Assembly: GCF_036321535.1 (NCBI RefSeq)
Contig: NC_087436.1
Span: forward strand, 24,058,001-24,122,000
Source: Camelus dromedarius
Lineage: Eukaryota
DNA: 64,000 nt
Reading direction: 5' to 3'
Below are positions 38,923 through 52,829 of this stretch, piece by piece. The position numbers and the translations under genes were made by a program. Each line of letters starts with the position of its first letter. Positions within the stretch are counted from its first letter, which is position 1. The notes under the pieces are model-generated. The model was not told the DNA's origin, ran no database searches, and saw nothing but the letters and a program-made list of their open reading frames with translations.

Positions 38923-38936
38923 GTGCCCTCTGGTGG
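38923..38936 (-). promoter_or_regulatory. CTCF motif
   Basis: Minus strand reads CCACCAGAGGGCAC, a full consensus match. Confidence 0.75.
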
Positions 38937-40289
38937 CAGAAGTGAATGGTCGCTTGTCCTAAGTGGCAAGATTGACACAGATCTAGTTACCTGTAGCTTT
39001 ATGGGATATTCTCATGAGGAAACTGAATTTTCTCCTTATCATTAAAAGAAAGCGACTGGAATGGTGTATTTAAGCATGAATTCAATAAAAGACATAAACC
39101 ACATAACCTCCAAAGCCTTTGCTGATGTCGCTTTGAGTGTTTTGTTTTGACTATTAAGATTTTCTTGTGAAATATGAACTTTTAGGTTACTACGATACTT
39201 TCTCCTCAAATAGCCATAGTTTTTATGGTCAAGTTTAATTATCACTCGGAAAACTCACAATGTATTGTAAGTGGCTGTTTATGACAACTAAGACTTCCAG
39301 TGCTTTCCAAAGCCCTTAAACCTTTATTGAAATTGAAAATCAAGTTGTTATCTTTTAACAAACCACGTACGTAAAACGATTGCCTGTGTGCTGTTTATAA
39401 ATGAGAAGTTATGGGTATGGCTGTCTGTCTGTGAACAGATTCACTTTATCTCCTGATCTTGTGAAAATGCTGACAACTACACAGTCTTCTGATTTTAATT
39501 CTGTGTGAGTTGCAATGCCAGACTGCTCCACATGGCAGCTGAGTGTATGAGTATGCTTAGCTTCACATCAAAGATGTGTTTTCCAAAGTGTTATTTGAAG
39601 CTGATTTGAGAAGACAGAGAAAATAAATTTTTTCCTCACCCATTACATTATCATTTTAACAACAACTTACCATCATTTCTGATGATTTTCAAAGTATCAC
39701 ACTGACCTGCTAATATTTGAGTTTGAAGTGTTTCTGACCCCAACCATTTTGTCAAATAAACAAGCCCTCACTTGCATCAGGAAGCCGCTATTTATAGGCA
39801 GTCAACACTGGTTTCCTTTCTAAATTAAAGAGCCCTTTTATGATGTAAAAAAAAAACCACCCTCTGATTTTGTTTGTTTTGTATATTCCTAGTTTCACTT
39901 TCCTATTTGCTCAAAACACTGAGTAGTGGTACATACCCACGGGACACTGACGTCCCCAAAGTGCTTCTTACAAAGAGCCAGGCTGAGGCTTATGATGCAA
40001 CTGCCTCCTGGAAGATGCAACTGTTTGCAAGATGATTCTTCAGTTGGTGACATTTTACAGTTTGTTTTTTCTAGAGAAAAATAGGTTAAGAAAAATATAT
40101 TTATATTGGAATGGGGCAGAGACATGAAGACTGTTTTGAAGACATGGGAAGCAATAGACTATAATAGTTGAGTGTATATCTAGTATAAATCACTGTGTGT
40201 GTCTGAAAACAAGCGTTGCCCTTGGGATGTCATTTTATCTCCTATGCCTCATATTTCTTATTTGTAAAATGGTGGTAAAGATAGTAACT

Positions 40290-42020
40290 ATCTGTTAAAG
40301 TTGTTATGAACCCCAAATAGCCAAAACAATCTTGAGAAAGAAGAGCAAAGCTGGGGGCATCACACTTCCTGATTTCAAAATATATCAGGAAACTAAAGTA
40401 ATGAGAACAGTATGGGGGGAGGAATAAACTAGGATTTGGGATTAACAGATACACACTAATATATATAAAATAGATAAACAGCAAGGTCCTACTATATAGC
40501 ATGGGGAACTATATTCAATACCTTATAATGGCCTATAATGAAAAAGAATATGAAAATATATGTGTATATATATATGTATGTATATGTATAATTGAATTGC
40601 TTTGCTGTACACCTGAAACTAACATTGTAAATCAATTACACTTCAATAAAAAATTAAATTAAATAAAAAAAATAGTATGGTACTGGCAAAAAGACAAATA
40701 TATAGATCGATGGAACAGAATAGAAAACTCTGAAATAAATCCATGCATCTAGGTCAACTGATCCTTAACAAGGGTGCCAAGAATACACAATGGGGGAAGA
40801 ATAATCTCTTTTAACTTTGGAAAAACTAGGTATTCACATGCAAAAGAATGGAACCAGACCATATCTTATATCACATACAAAAATCAACTCAAAATGGATT
40901 AAATATTTAAACGTTAAGAACTGAAGTTATAAAACTCCTAGAAGAAAGCATAAGGGAAAATTTCCATGACATTGATCTTGGCAATGGTTTCATGGATATG
41001 ACACCAAAAGCACAAGCAACAAAAGCAAAATTAGACAGTGAGACTACATCAGACTAAAAAGCTTCTGCACAGCAAAGGAAACTATCAACAGAGTGAAAAG
41101 GCAACCTATGGAATGGGAGAAAATATTTGCAAACCATCTATCTGATAAAAGGTTGATTTCCAAAATATGTAAGGAACTCCCACAACTCAACAGCAAAACA
41201 ATTAATATCTTGATTTTAAAATGGGCTAAAGACTTTAATAGACATTTTTCCAAAGCAGACATGCAAGTACATGAAATGATATTCAACATCACTAATCATC
41301 AGAGAAATGCAAATCAAAACCACAATGAGGCATCACCTCACACCTGTTAGGATGGCTATTATAAAAAAAAAAAAAAAAAGACAAGTGTTGTCAAGCATGT
41401 GGAAACTGGAACCCTTGTACACCACTGGTGGAAATGCAAAATGGTGCAGCTGCTGTGGAAAACAGCATGGAGATTCCTCAATTTTTTTTAATAGAATTAC
41501 CACATAACCCAACAATACCAGCTCTGGCAATTTATCCAATATAATTGAAAACAAGATCTCAAAGAAATATTGACACTCCCGTGTTCGTCACAGCATTAAT
41601 CACAATAGCCAAGATGTGGAAACAACCTAAATGTCCATCAGCAGATGAATGGATAAAGAAAATATGGAATATTATTCAGTCTTTAAAAAGAAAGAAATCC
41701 TGCAATGTGCAACAATATGGATGAAGCTTGAAGACATTATCCTAAGTGAAATAAGCCAGTCACATGATTCCACTTACGTGAGGTATCTAAGAGTCAAACT
41801 TACAGAAGCAGAGAACAGAACGGTGGTTGCCAGGGGCTAGGGTGAGAGGGAAATGGGGAGTTGCTAATCAATGTATATAATTTCAGTTATGCAAGATGTA
41901 TAAATGCTAGAGATCTGATTACAACACTGTGCCTACAGATAACAACACTGTATTGTACACTTAAAATCCTATTAAGAGGATCTCATGTTAAGTGTTCTTA
42001 CGTCCATGCATACATAAAAT
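40290..42020 (+). mobile_element. Older L1 (L1MA/MB-type) ORF2 3' part plus UTR, with a nested younger L1 tail at 40416-40670
   Basis: [18 protein letters not shown] and [17 protein letters not shown] remnants; nested TSD AACAGTATGG/AATAGTATGG. Confidence 0.9.
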
Positions 42021-42539
42021 AAAATTGTCATGAGAATTAAATGAGTCAATGTTGTGAAGCCCTTGGAACTGGGTCTGGCACACAGAAAACATATACAGAT
42101 ATATTTTTCTAATTATTATTGGACCACTTTCTCTGGCCCTGATGGCCAGCAATGAGGATTGCTCTTCTTTGCCCAAATTCACCCCCTCTGCCAGGAGGGT
42201 CACTTCTCCCAGGGCGTGAAATTTGTCATGACAGACTGCCTGACAGCTGGATTATAGATCATTTCATGGGATGATCAGCTAACTTGCACCTACTAAAATA
42301 GGGGCAAAGCCCCTTAAAAAGATCATTGGGGAGGAGTGTGTGAGTGCTGGAAAGTATGCTGTGGCCAGAAAAGGGCTTCTTCCAGCCTAAAAACCTGTGT
42401 GGTTCCCTCTGCGTTTCCAACAGGGAGCCCAGCAAAGCTGGTGGACACCATGGGAAACAGAGCTTGTGGGAAATCCTGTGATATGTGGTTTTCAACCTCA
42501 TGGCTTCACCCTGGAGTCAAGTTTCGTTCCTGGTCCTAA

Positions 42540-44130
42540 ATTACAGCAGTGAACAAAAAAGATCCCCCAAATGTCCTATCCATAGGGACCTCATCTTCTG
42601 GTAGGTAGAGAAAAACAATAAATAAACAAGCAAGAGATACAGTATGTGGGTGGCAATACGAGGATGGAGAGGGTGGACAGAGCATGTATAAGGGTTGTTA
42701 TTTTAAGTAGAATGGTCAGAGGCGACTTCATTGAGGAAATATGTAACATTTGAATGAGATATGGGAGTTGGCCATGGAGGTATCTGGGGAGAAGGTGTTT
42801 CAGACAAAAGGAAAAGTCAGTGCAAAGGCCCTGAGGCAGACATATGACTGGTACATACAATAAGGAGAAAGGGGGCCATAGTGACTACAGCAGAGTATTC
42901 AAGAGAGGTCATCTAAGACGAGGTTAGAGACATCAAAGAGGTCAGCCCAAATCTCAAAGGCCAAGTAGCCCACTGTTGATAAGATGTTGGCTCTTACTCT
43001 GAGATGGTAGCTAGAGGAATGACACGACCTGACTTCCATGTTAAAAGGATCACTGAAGCGGGGAGGTCCAGGGCAGGACCCGGGAGATTAACAGGATTGC
43101 AATATTCCAGGTAAGAGACGCTGAGAGCTCAGGCCAGGTAGACAGCAATGTGGGTGGTAAGAAGCACTCAGGTTCTGGGTGTATTTTGTAAAAAGGGCCA
43201 ATGGGAGTTGCTGGGAGGCTGGCTCCAGAGAAAGAGAAAGAAGAGAAAGGTTAAAGAAGACCCCACTAGAGTCTTGTGGCTGCTGAAACATAGCACCACA
43301 AACTTGGCAGCTTAAAACAACAGAAATGTATTCTGTCACAGTTCTGGAAGCCAAAAGTCTGAAACCAAGGAGTCATCAGGGCTGCCCTGTCTCCAGAAGC
43401 TCTGGGGGATATTCTGTTCCTTGCCTCTTCCAGTTTCTGGGGGGTCCAGGCATTCTTTGTGGTTGCAGGACTCCAGTCTCCACCTCCAACCTCACATGGC
43501 CTTCCCTTCTGTGTCACCTCTTTTGTCTCTTGTAAGGACACTTGTCATTGGATTGAGGGCCCACCCAGATAATTCAGCACAATCTCATCTCAAGATCCTT
43601 AACTTAATTGCAACTGCAAAGACCTTTTCCCCAAATAAGTTCAAGTTCGCAGGTATCAGGGGTTAGGACGTGGACATATCTCTTGGAGACACCATTCAGC
43701 TCACTGCCATGACTCTTCAGCTCTTTTAGCCTGAACATTTGTGACAGTGTGCTTGCCAGTCACTGAGATGGTGAAGGTGTGGACTGAACAGAGTTGAGAG
43801 GGGAGTCCAGGACCTCAGTGTTGGACCCATCAGATTTGAGGGGCTAATTTGACATTCAGTGGAGACGTTGAGTGGGCAGCTGGGTGAACAAGCCTGGGGC
43901 TCAGGGCACTGCAGGGCTGGAGGTGTATACACGCAGGGACCAGGACACGGGCAACGTGGAAGCCACAAGACCCACGATGGAACAGGGGAGCAGGGAGCCA
44001 TGCCAGCCCTCGGAGGATCCAGCTAAGAGCTGAGGGAAGAAGCCAGGTAAGTAGGAGGAGAAACAGGAGAGTGTCGGGTTCCAGAAGCTGTGTGGAGAAA
44101 CTGCTTCAAGGAGGAAGAAGTGATCAACTC
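42540..44130 (-). mobile_element. L2 fragment interrupted by an MLT1C-like LTR (43267-43707, minus)
   Basis: L2 motifs 'gtgcaaaggccctgaggcag' and 'gttgagtgggcagctgggt'; MLT1 motif 'gcttaaaacaacagaaatgtattctgtcacagttctgga'. Confidence 0.8.
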
Positions 44131-47100
44131 CATATTCTGACCATGGCATCATAGTGGCAAACTCTCAGACCTCAGTTTTCAGGTAAATGAAATTTCCTCC
44201 GCAGTTTCCTGTAACAAGATTGTGCAATTTTCATGTCCCTCCTCTTTTATGATGTGGGAAAGCCAGTGGCCTCTGATTGAAATCATCACAAATACCCTGA
44301 AGTTACCTAAAATGAAGTATGTTTTCTAAGTGTGTCATTATTATTTTGATCAGCAGAGCTTTTCCATCGGGTCAGTGTTTAGTGCATTTGCATCTGAAGG
44401 GAAAGGAAGCCGTCTGTCTCAGCCCCACACAAGGTAGGAGAAACTACCAGGACGGAGCCCTGAGATGCTGGAGGCAGAAGCCTTGTTATCCTTAAAGGGA
44501 CTATGAGGGGAATCACTCAGAGAAATTGTTTACAGAGGTTCTAAACTATTGCTAGAGAACCGTGTAGTCACCTCAGGAACCAAGACAACACTTAGACAAG
44601 TGAAAAAATGCCACTATCGTGACTGAAGTCTGTGGCACGGTGCCAAACATCTGGTCAAATCAATCAATGGTGTTAAACAAGCAGTTTGTCATTCAAGGGG
44701 GAAAGCAGCATGAGGCGATGGTTGGATTTTCCACCAAATGAGCATCTCGAAGACACAGCTTAAATCTTCAGTGGTTTTTGGCTTTTTTGCAAATGATAAT
44801 AAATGGTTAAATTAGAGAATCAAGTAAGTCCTGGAGAATAAATCTTGTGGAAATTGTTTCTGTGTCTCTGCAGCCGCAATATCTCAGGCTTCACTGGTCT
44901 GTGCCCACAAATGAGATTTCATCAGTATTAATATGGAAATCTCCATGACTCACAGCCTCCACCAGCTTGACATCAAAATTCCCCTCCCATGAGTGCATTT
45001 GGGAATGCCCAGGGTGTGTATTTATAGTGTCCCTAAAATTGCAAGCTTGGCTGAGAAGGGCCCTCAACCCTGACACCAGAAAAGCCCTTCCAAGCTGGTG
45101 TCTGCTTAGAGCCATTGCCCTGCCTGGGTGCCCGTGGGGCTGGAACGGCTCTAAAACTCCACGCGGGAGACAAGCCTCCTCCTCTTCCTGCGAGGTCAGA
45201 ACATTCCCTGGTTACACTCAGTTAGAGGACTAACACAAGGGTCCTTGAGCCTCAGAATGTCACAAGCCTTAGTCACAAGCCCTTTCAATTCAGGCACAAA
45301 GCCCTTTTCTCCCCAGGGATGAAGTCAAGCTGCCTGGGTGGGAGGCAGTTCTGGAAACAGCCTTCGTTTAGCCCTTTACAGGGAGTCGTCCTCAAGGTCA
45401 GTAGGGACCTGTGTTCCCCAGAAGGCACTGCAGGCCTCAGAAGGTCAGTAGTTGTGACTCAACTGATGGGACCAAAGGCTAACCTTCCTCACCAGAATCA
45501 TCTGAGTCTCCACTCTGTCCCCAATAGAGATACAAGACTTTTTTCTTTAAGGGCTGGAAATGTTATATTTGCTACTATGATAGCCCAGTAGACTGTTTCC
45601 AGTTCCAGCAAAAGACAAATTGTTGGGGAAATAGACCAGAGCCCTTTGGAAGAGAGTCACCCCCCAGCTCCTCTGTGGACCTCAATACCCTTGTACCCAA
45701 CAGAAAACCCTCAGCTTTCTCAAGGTGGGGCTGGGGGACATCAGTGAATTGTTCCAGCCTGGCCCCAGCCTCCCAGAATCAAGTAAAGACAGTGACTCCC
45801 CAAGAAGAAACCAAATGTACTTCTTTCTCTCCCCCATTTCTCTCACTGCTGGGCTGTCTTGCAGAGTTTTCTCTGAACCTTTTTGGATTCAGCAGTCTGG
45901 AACTTTTGAACAAAGGGTCAGATTAATAGTAGTGTTAACAGGAAGAAATTTTATCACTTTGAGTCTTTACTATGTGCTAGGCATTGTGCTAAGCATTATG
46001 TATGTTTATATATTATGAAATATTGTGTATATGTATATACACACATCTTATTTAATCCATACACCATACTTACGACATAGACTGACATCGATTCTGTATC
46101 TCAATTGTGCAGAAAAGTAAACTGAGGCTCAGAAAGTTTCTATTAACAAAGCCACACAGCTAATAAGTGTTGAATCCAGGAGCCCAAACCAATAAAACTC
46201 CAAAGCCTGAGCTATGAACCACAATACTATATTGACTCTTAACATTTGGATGTAAAAAGTCACCCCAAACCCTCTCTGAAATCAGAAAAGCCTTTCACAA
46301 AACACAATTTTATTGAAGGCTTCTTTTGGACATCATTGCAGTGAATTCGATCTGTGTTCCAGGAAGACTAGCATAAGCGAGAGAGAAAAAAAAAATCCTG
46401 AGTCAGACCCACTGTAGCTGTGTGATGCTAAGAGGCTTCATGAGATCTGGTTCCCCTGCAATCTCCCTGTCTCTGAGGACTGGAACCGGGAAACTGCTGG
46501 TGTGTGACTCAGGAAGAGCCACATGTACGAGGGCAGACTCTCCCCAGGAGTCCCCAGGCCCCAGTTTCACTTGATTCGGAGACTGTATATCCTCAGAAAA
46601 GTTATGGCGCCTCCCAGGACTTCCCCAACCCACGTTGGAAGGCCAGGAGAAAGGTGGCAGCCCCGCGGGAAAGGGCCTGCCCTGGGGCGAGCCTGCTTAG
46701 ACGGAGCTGCAAGTTTCTGAGAAAAATTCTAAATCACCAGAGAATGCTACTTATTACTATTTCAAAAACCAAGGAGTTTTGTCTCCCAGGCCATCACTCT
46801 GGTTCTGTTTAACCACCAAGCAATTTCACTAAAGATAGGCACAGAACTGAAAAATAAAATGGCCATTAAAAGTTTTATTACAGTACATGCCCAGTGGCTA
46901 TTTTTAAATAGAATCCTTCTGAAATTTTATTCTTTACATTTTTTTTCCATCAACCGATTGGGATTGTTTGATGGATTAAGTGAAATTTCACTTTAGAATT
47001 ATGTTGCTTTTTAACTGCCCCCCAAAATGAGGTATTCGTTTTAATTCTTCTTCTCGTCCAAAAGGTACATCAAATTCAAGTCTGGGGAAAAGAAATTGTG

Positions 47101-47909
47101 ACAATTTCCTCCTTTTCTTCAACGTAATTATATGACTTTTTTAAAAAAAATCAGTTCAATTATTAACCTTCAAGAAATGAGAGAGATAATGAAAACTGAG
47201 ATGGCACCTGAAACTCATCAGCACACAGACAGCAATCCTTGCAGGAACTGTAGATCGAAACTTTGTGATAAAATGCACCAACTGAACCAATTCATTTGCA
47301 TCCCATTTTGTAAGACACTACATAGAAGAGCTAGTGTCACAATTTCATTATCCCTGTCCCTCATGTGTATTGCATTATGAATTACCGTAGCGATGCAAAC
47401 TCAAAAGCAACCTTAAAGGGGAAACAAGAGGCTCAGAGCAGCTTACTCAAAGGTGCATCATACTGTCAACTAAAATTTGCCATCGCTGTGTTATCTCACT
47501 CTCTTGCCATAACCTAATGACATCAGAGGCATTGAATCTGGGAACTGAAGTGACAGGACATGCCTCTGTGCTGCATATAATACTTAGAACTAAGCAACTG
47601 GAAAGAGAATCTGCCCCTTGGGGAATGGGCAGCCAATGAGAGAGGGCTTTGATGATGTAATGCCTTTTCTCCCTGGTGAGTCCTCGGTTAAAGGAAACAA
47701 AGATAACAAAGTGCTCCAGGAGTTTGTGAATTCCTTCTGCCTGAACAACTCCTGGCATTCTGCACACATCTCATTGATCTCAGGAGGTGGGCTCTCTACT
47801 TAGGGAATGGCCAAGATTTCAAACGAGCCCAAAGCCACAGACAGACCACAGCTTCCTCAGAACAACAGACTCTCTCTGTCCCTAGGGTTTGCTAGTCTCC
47901 CTGGGTTGG

Positions 47910-49165
47910 GTGGACACAGTCCCATGTTGGGTGGTCTGGAATGTTTTCCAACACCACCAAGCAATTCTCCAGTTCTCAGCAGACATCTGACTGGGTGTTC
48001 TCCAAACTTAACTCAATTCTGACACTCTCTACCTGGAGGTGACCTCAGATCCCACAGGCCAAGGGCTGGAGTCCCACAGTCCCCATTTCAGACACCAATC
48101 GCAAGTCCGGGCTGTTTCTGGTGCTTCTGACCAACTTGTTGTAAATACAAAGTTCCCACAATCCCCTCCTCAGGTTCGAGTAACATGCTAGAGCAGCTCA
48201 GAGAACTCAGAAAACATTTACTTACCTTTGTCAGTTTACTGTAAAGCATTCAGAGAAGCAGCCAGATGAAGAGGTACATAAGGCGAGGTCCAGAAGGATT
48301 CTGAACACAGGAGCTTCCGTCCCTGGAGACTGGGGTGCACTGTTACCAAATACAAGGTCGTGTGCCGCACACACAGTGAGGCCAAACAAACCTAAATGTC
48401 ACAGTTTGGAGCAGAGAAAGGTTTATTGCAGGGCCGAGCAAGGAGGACGGGCAATTCATGCCCCCCAAAACGCTGAACTCCCCCTCGAAGGGTTTCAGCA
48501 AAGCATTAAAAAGGCCGGGAAAGGGAGGGGCATACCAGGGTCTGTGATCAGCTGTGCACAATTCTCTGACTGGCTCATGTCACGGTAACAGAGTGGTTAA
48601 CACAATCAATCCTTAGGCGCCAGAAGGTCTGGGGCTACGTGCTCATGATCCTTAAGTAGTTAATTTCTTCCACTTGGTGGTGGTCTTTAGCATGTGAAAA
48701 CCTCAGGACACATGCATGAGATAATAGTATCTGGGTCCCTCAGAGAGGAGCTCAGCAGAGGATAAGGGGGAGGGGCCTGTCTAGGGAAGGCCCCATGGGG
48801 TCCTGGCCCATTACAGCACCACCTTCCAGGCAAGTGGATGCATCACCAACCCAAAAGCTCATCAAATCTCATTCGAGAGTTTTTATAGCACTTATTCCCC
48901 GGCTCCCCCGCCCCGTCCCCCTTCCCAGAGGTTGCTGTGTGGGGCTGAAAGTTCCAACCTTCTAATCACTTGGTCTTTCTGGTGACCAACCCCATGCTGA
49001 AGCCATCTAGGGACCCCACCTTAAGTCACTTCCTTAGCATAAACTCGGACTTGCTCAAAAGGGGCTTTTTATGGAGAACAAGAGATCCTCCTGTCATTCA
49101 GGAAATTCCAAGGCTGTGAGGAGATCTGTGCCAGGGATAAAGTCCAAATTTATTTATTATACCCC
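47910..49165. mobile_element. MER21-like LTR, opposite orientation to the 18-kb copy, interrupted by an ERV1 LTR
   Basis: 'gggctgaaagttccaaccttctaatcacttggtctttctggtgaccaaccc' and 'caggaaattccaagg...tctgtgccagg' are reverse-complementary to the 18-kb copy. Confidence 0.75.
48341..48815 (-). mobile_element. ERV1-class solo LTR
   Basis: TGTTACC...TTACA; AATAAA on the minus strand (~48422); perfect TSD GCAC (48337-48340 / 48816-48819). Confidence 0.85.
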
Positions 49166-49649
49166 AGTGGGCATCCCCTGCCCTTTGCAGCGATAGCAGA
49201 CAAGGACCGTTCCAGCTAAGACAGGGTGGTGAGCCTCCTGGCGTGAGGACCGGCTCTAGGAAGCCACCCTAGCATCTGGTCTCACTGCCTCCAGTCTCTC
49301 CCACCTGATCTATGCGAGACTCATTCCAAAAAAGCACATCTCTAATCACATCTTTCTTCTGCTCAAAATAAAGTCCTGGCATCACTGCCATCTTGTCTTT
49401 CCAGATTTATTTCCAACTGCTCTCACCCCACACCCCATGCTCCAGCCTAGCCCAACTCCCCCCACCCACACCTGTGCTCGCCCACCTCTGAGCCTTTTCT
49501 GTACTGTCCTCTCTGCCTGCCATGCTCCTGTCTCTCATGCCTGTCCAAATCCTATGTGCAAAACCATCCTCAATGCTTGTCCCGATCCACTAATTCCTCC
49601 TCGGAAGAAAACTCTCCTTAGCTTAAAGATATAAGTGATGCAGATTTGG

Positions 49650-51030
49650 GTGTAGTGGCCCTCAAATATTTTTGCTTGTGTATGTCTCAAACAATTTGTT
49701 GTAAAACCATGTGTCCCCTCACACATTTTAAATGGACATAAAGAAAGGTTTGAGTAAGTTTAAGTCACTGCAAAGGCAGTAATTGCTGGCACTGTGGTCC
49801 TCATACTTGAGCAGGCCTCAGAATCACCTGACAGCAGGTGAAAACAGATGGTGGGGGTACACCCTCAGAGTGTCTGACTCAGTGGATCCGGAATGGGGCC
49901 TGAGAATTTGCATTTCTGTCAAGTTCCCAGGTGATCCCATCGCTGAAGGCTCGGGAACCACACTTTAAGGGCTGCTGTCCTGGTGTCTAGTAAGTACTGA
50001 TATTTTAAAATAAAAGCATCAGCAGGGAAGGGTATAGCTCAGCGGTCAAGTGCATGCCTAGCATGCATAAGGTCCTGTGTTCAATCCCCAGAACCTCCAT
50101 TAAAAAATAAATAAATAAGTAAATAAACCTAATTACCTCCCTCCCAAAAGTTTTTTTTAAATAAAATAAAAGCATCATCCTACCCTTTTAAATGCATCCA
50201 TTGGAATCTAAAAATGGCATCAATGTGAGAGCCACCACCATCCATTTTTAAAAATACAAGAACAAGCTCTTTCTGACAATTGGAAATTTTATATTGCTCC
50301 TTTTTCTCCTTGAGCATTTATTTCCATTCTATTTCCTCCATTGAATTTTATGCTAATGTAATATATTTTATTCTTAAAAGTATTTTATTACTCATTCTTT
50401 CACACATCTCTGTCATAAATGTCTGCACAGAGGCTGAAATTGAAATTTATTTAAATTTCCTGTAAGTATTATGCTGTGAGCGTTTAAAATTTTATTTTGG
50501 ATTAAGTTGTTATTACAGTTAGTAGTATGCAATTGAACAAAATATATATTTATTAAAGATGAAAAGTGAAATTTTATTGGAAATGTATCTCTTAATAAGA
50601 TGGGACTTTTTTCAATTAGTTCTTGTATTTTTAATTAATATTACTTACTACTAGAATGACACAGGCTTCTATATGAATTCTATCCCTGTTTTTATTTTTT
50701 ATAGATATGGCACCAAAAAATTTTGTTGACATTAAATGTAAGTGAAAATGGAATGAATTATGTAACAGCAATTTTACTTAATTCTCTGAATACCTTCCAA
50801 GTTACAGACCAACAATCTCATAGTGATCTAACATCCATAATTATTTTCTATGATCTATCAGCTAAAATTTTGATTGGGTTCTCCTTCAATACAGTTGAGA
50901 GCAAAGAATTAGAAAACACCTGGCTTGCAAAAGGATTTGTTACCCAGATATTTGAGTCATTCTCTTCTTCAGTATTGACACCATTATTTCAAATTATCCC
51001 TTTCTTTGCAGCACTGGAGGTTTTGTCTTA
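49650..51030 (-). mobile_element. Degraded hAT-Charlie transposon with transposase C-terminal remnant; hosts MER5A (~49790-49970) and a SINE
   Basis: Minus strand from 50970 reads EEENDSNIWVTNPF...LKENPIKILADRS*K...SL*DCW...FRELSKIAVT*FIPFS, the Charlie/Buster hATC-type pattern, with stops. Outer boundaries approximate. Confidence 0.7.
50024..50161 (+). mobile_element. tRNA-Ala-derived SINE (Vic-1-like)
   Basis: Full head and body; perfect 16-bp TSD TAAAATAAAAGCATCA (50006-50021 / 50162-50177). Confidence 0.93.
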
Positions 51031-51084
51031 TTTGTTTGCTGGGGTTTTGGGGGGGGGGGGGTTAGGCTTTTTAATTATCTAAGA

Positions 51085-51299
51085 CAGGGGTTGGCAAACT
51101 AAGGCCAGCTGGTACCAACCAAATTCTGCCCAGTCTGTTTCTATACAACCCTAAGCTAAGAATGGTTTTTACATTTTTAAAGGGTTGTAACACACACACA
51201 CACACACACAAAAAGAACATTCAAAGAGACAATACATGGCCCCAAAATTCTGAAATATCTACTATCTGACCCTTTACAGGTGAAGTTTTTTGACCCCTG
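51085..51299. mobile_element. MER58A-like hAT MITE
   Basis: CAGGGGTTGGCAAAC...TGACCCCTG termini; 8-bp TSD-like ATCTAAGA/ACCTAGGA. Confidence 0.8.
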
Positions 51300-52829
51300 A
51301 CCTAGGACAAAGCAGGAGGGTGACTCTACACCTTAATTTGTAAAGTGAAGACTGACCTTGGAGAAAGGGTCATCTTGATGCTGGGTTCTTGAGATGATGA
51401 ACTTTAGAAGAGGACACATGGAAGTTTCGAATCTGCGAATGATTTCCTACCACTGCGTAAAAATCTACCCAAAACTTGGTAGCCAAAACCAAGAATAATC
51501 ATTTACTTTGCTCACAAATCTGTAACTTGGGCAGGGCTGAGATGGGAAAGCTTGTCTCTGCTCCACGTGGTTTAACTAAGGGCTGGGGGAGTGTGTTTCC
51601 ATGACAACTCCTCACATGGATGTCAAATTGTCCACGGCTGTCAGCTGGGAGCTCAGTCTCAGTGGGGGTGGAGGCCGGAGGCTTCAGGTCCTCTGCAAAA
51701 GTTCCCACAGCAAGTCCTTCTAAAGACCTTCTGGCAAGGTTGATTTTTGGCTTGGATTTGGGAATTTGGATTTGGGGAGAGATCCCACCTGGAGTTATGA
51801 AGCCTTGAGAATTTACTGATTTCCTTATTCAACAAATATTTACTGAGTGCTTTTTACAAGTTGGCACTGGTGAGGGCTAGATGTGCAATGTTTTGCAAAA
51901 TAGACCCAGTCCTCATGGACCTTATAGAGGAGGGGAAAACTGACAATCAAATGATCACACAAATGAGTAACAACACACTGTACGAAGCTCAAAAAAAGGA
52001 GAGTCCAAAGCGTTAACTCCACCAGAATATAAGCTCAAGAGTTTTGTGGGTTTTATTCTCTGATGTATCCCTACTACTGAGAAGGTGGCCTGGTTTATAC
52101 TAGGTGCTAAATAAATATTTGTTGAATGAGTGAGTCAATGAATGAATGAATGAATGAGATTACTTCTAAAGGGTCAGTGTAAATTCCTTTAGGAAATGAT
52201 ATTTGGGCTGATGTTAAAGATAAGAAACTACATTTTCTTAGCTCAAAGTCTACTGAATTAATTTATATTAACCCAACTCTCAAGAAACTAATTTATGCAC
52301 CAGGATACACTTACTATTTTTGCAGCGGGAAACATAGCTGATTTAATATTTCCCTAGGAAGCACCCCCAAAAAACAAAAAACTCCAAGGGGAACTATCTT
52401 TGGTATTGCTACAATTCTGCTGAGTTGAGCAGTAGTTAGAGACCTCTCAGGGGGCCAAATTAATTATCAGAAGGCTAATATAGAAGAACCTGGAATCAGA
52501 AAAATGGAAACTGCATGGGTTTAAAGGACATTCATGTAAGTCATTCATACAATTTACACAAAACCACCTTCCTACTAGGGACACTCTTGTGTAGATCAAA
52601 GTTCTCCCCTCTCTGGGTAGTGCTGAGGAACCACAGCAAAGCACATTGTTAGAATTATTCCTTTTCGTTGATTCTAAGCTGAGAAGCAGACTTACATGAA
52701 GTTCCAGAGCCCTATTATTTTGCTTTGGGCTGTCTGTGAGCCTGTGCGCTTCTCTGAGCTTGTCCCCATTTTGCCTTCCTCTTAGTTCCTGGCATCCTTT
52801 TAAATCACGTCTATGAAGGCGCTTGTTTG

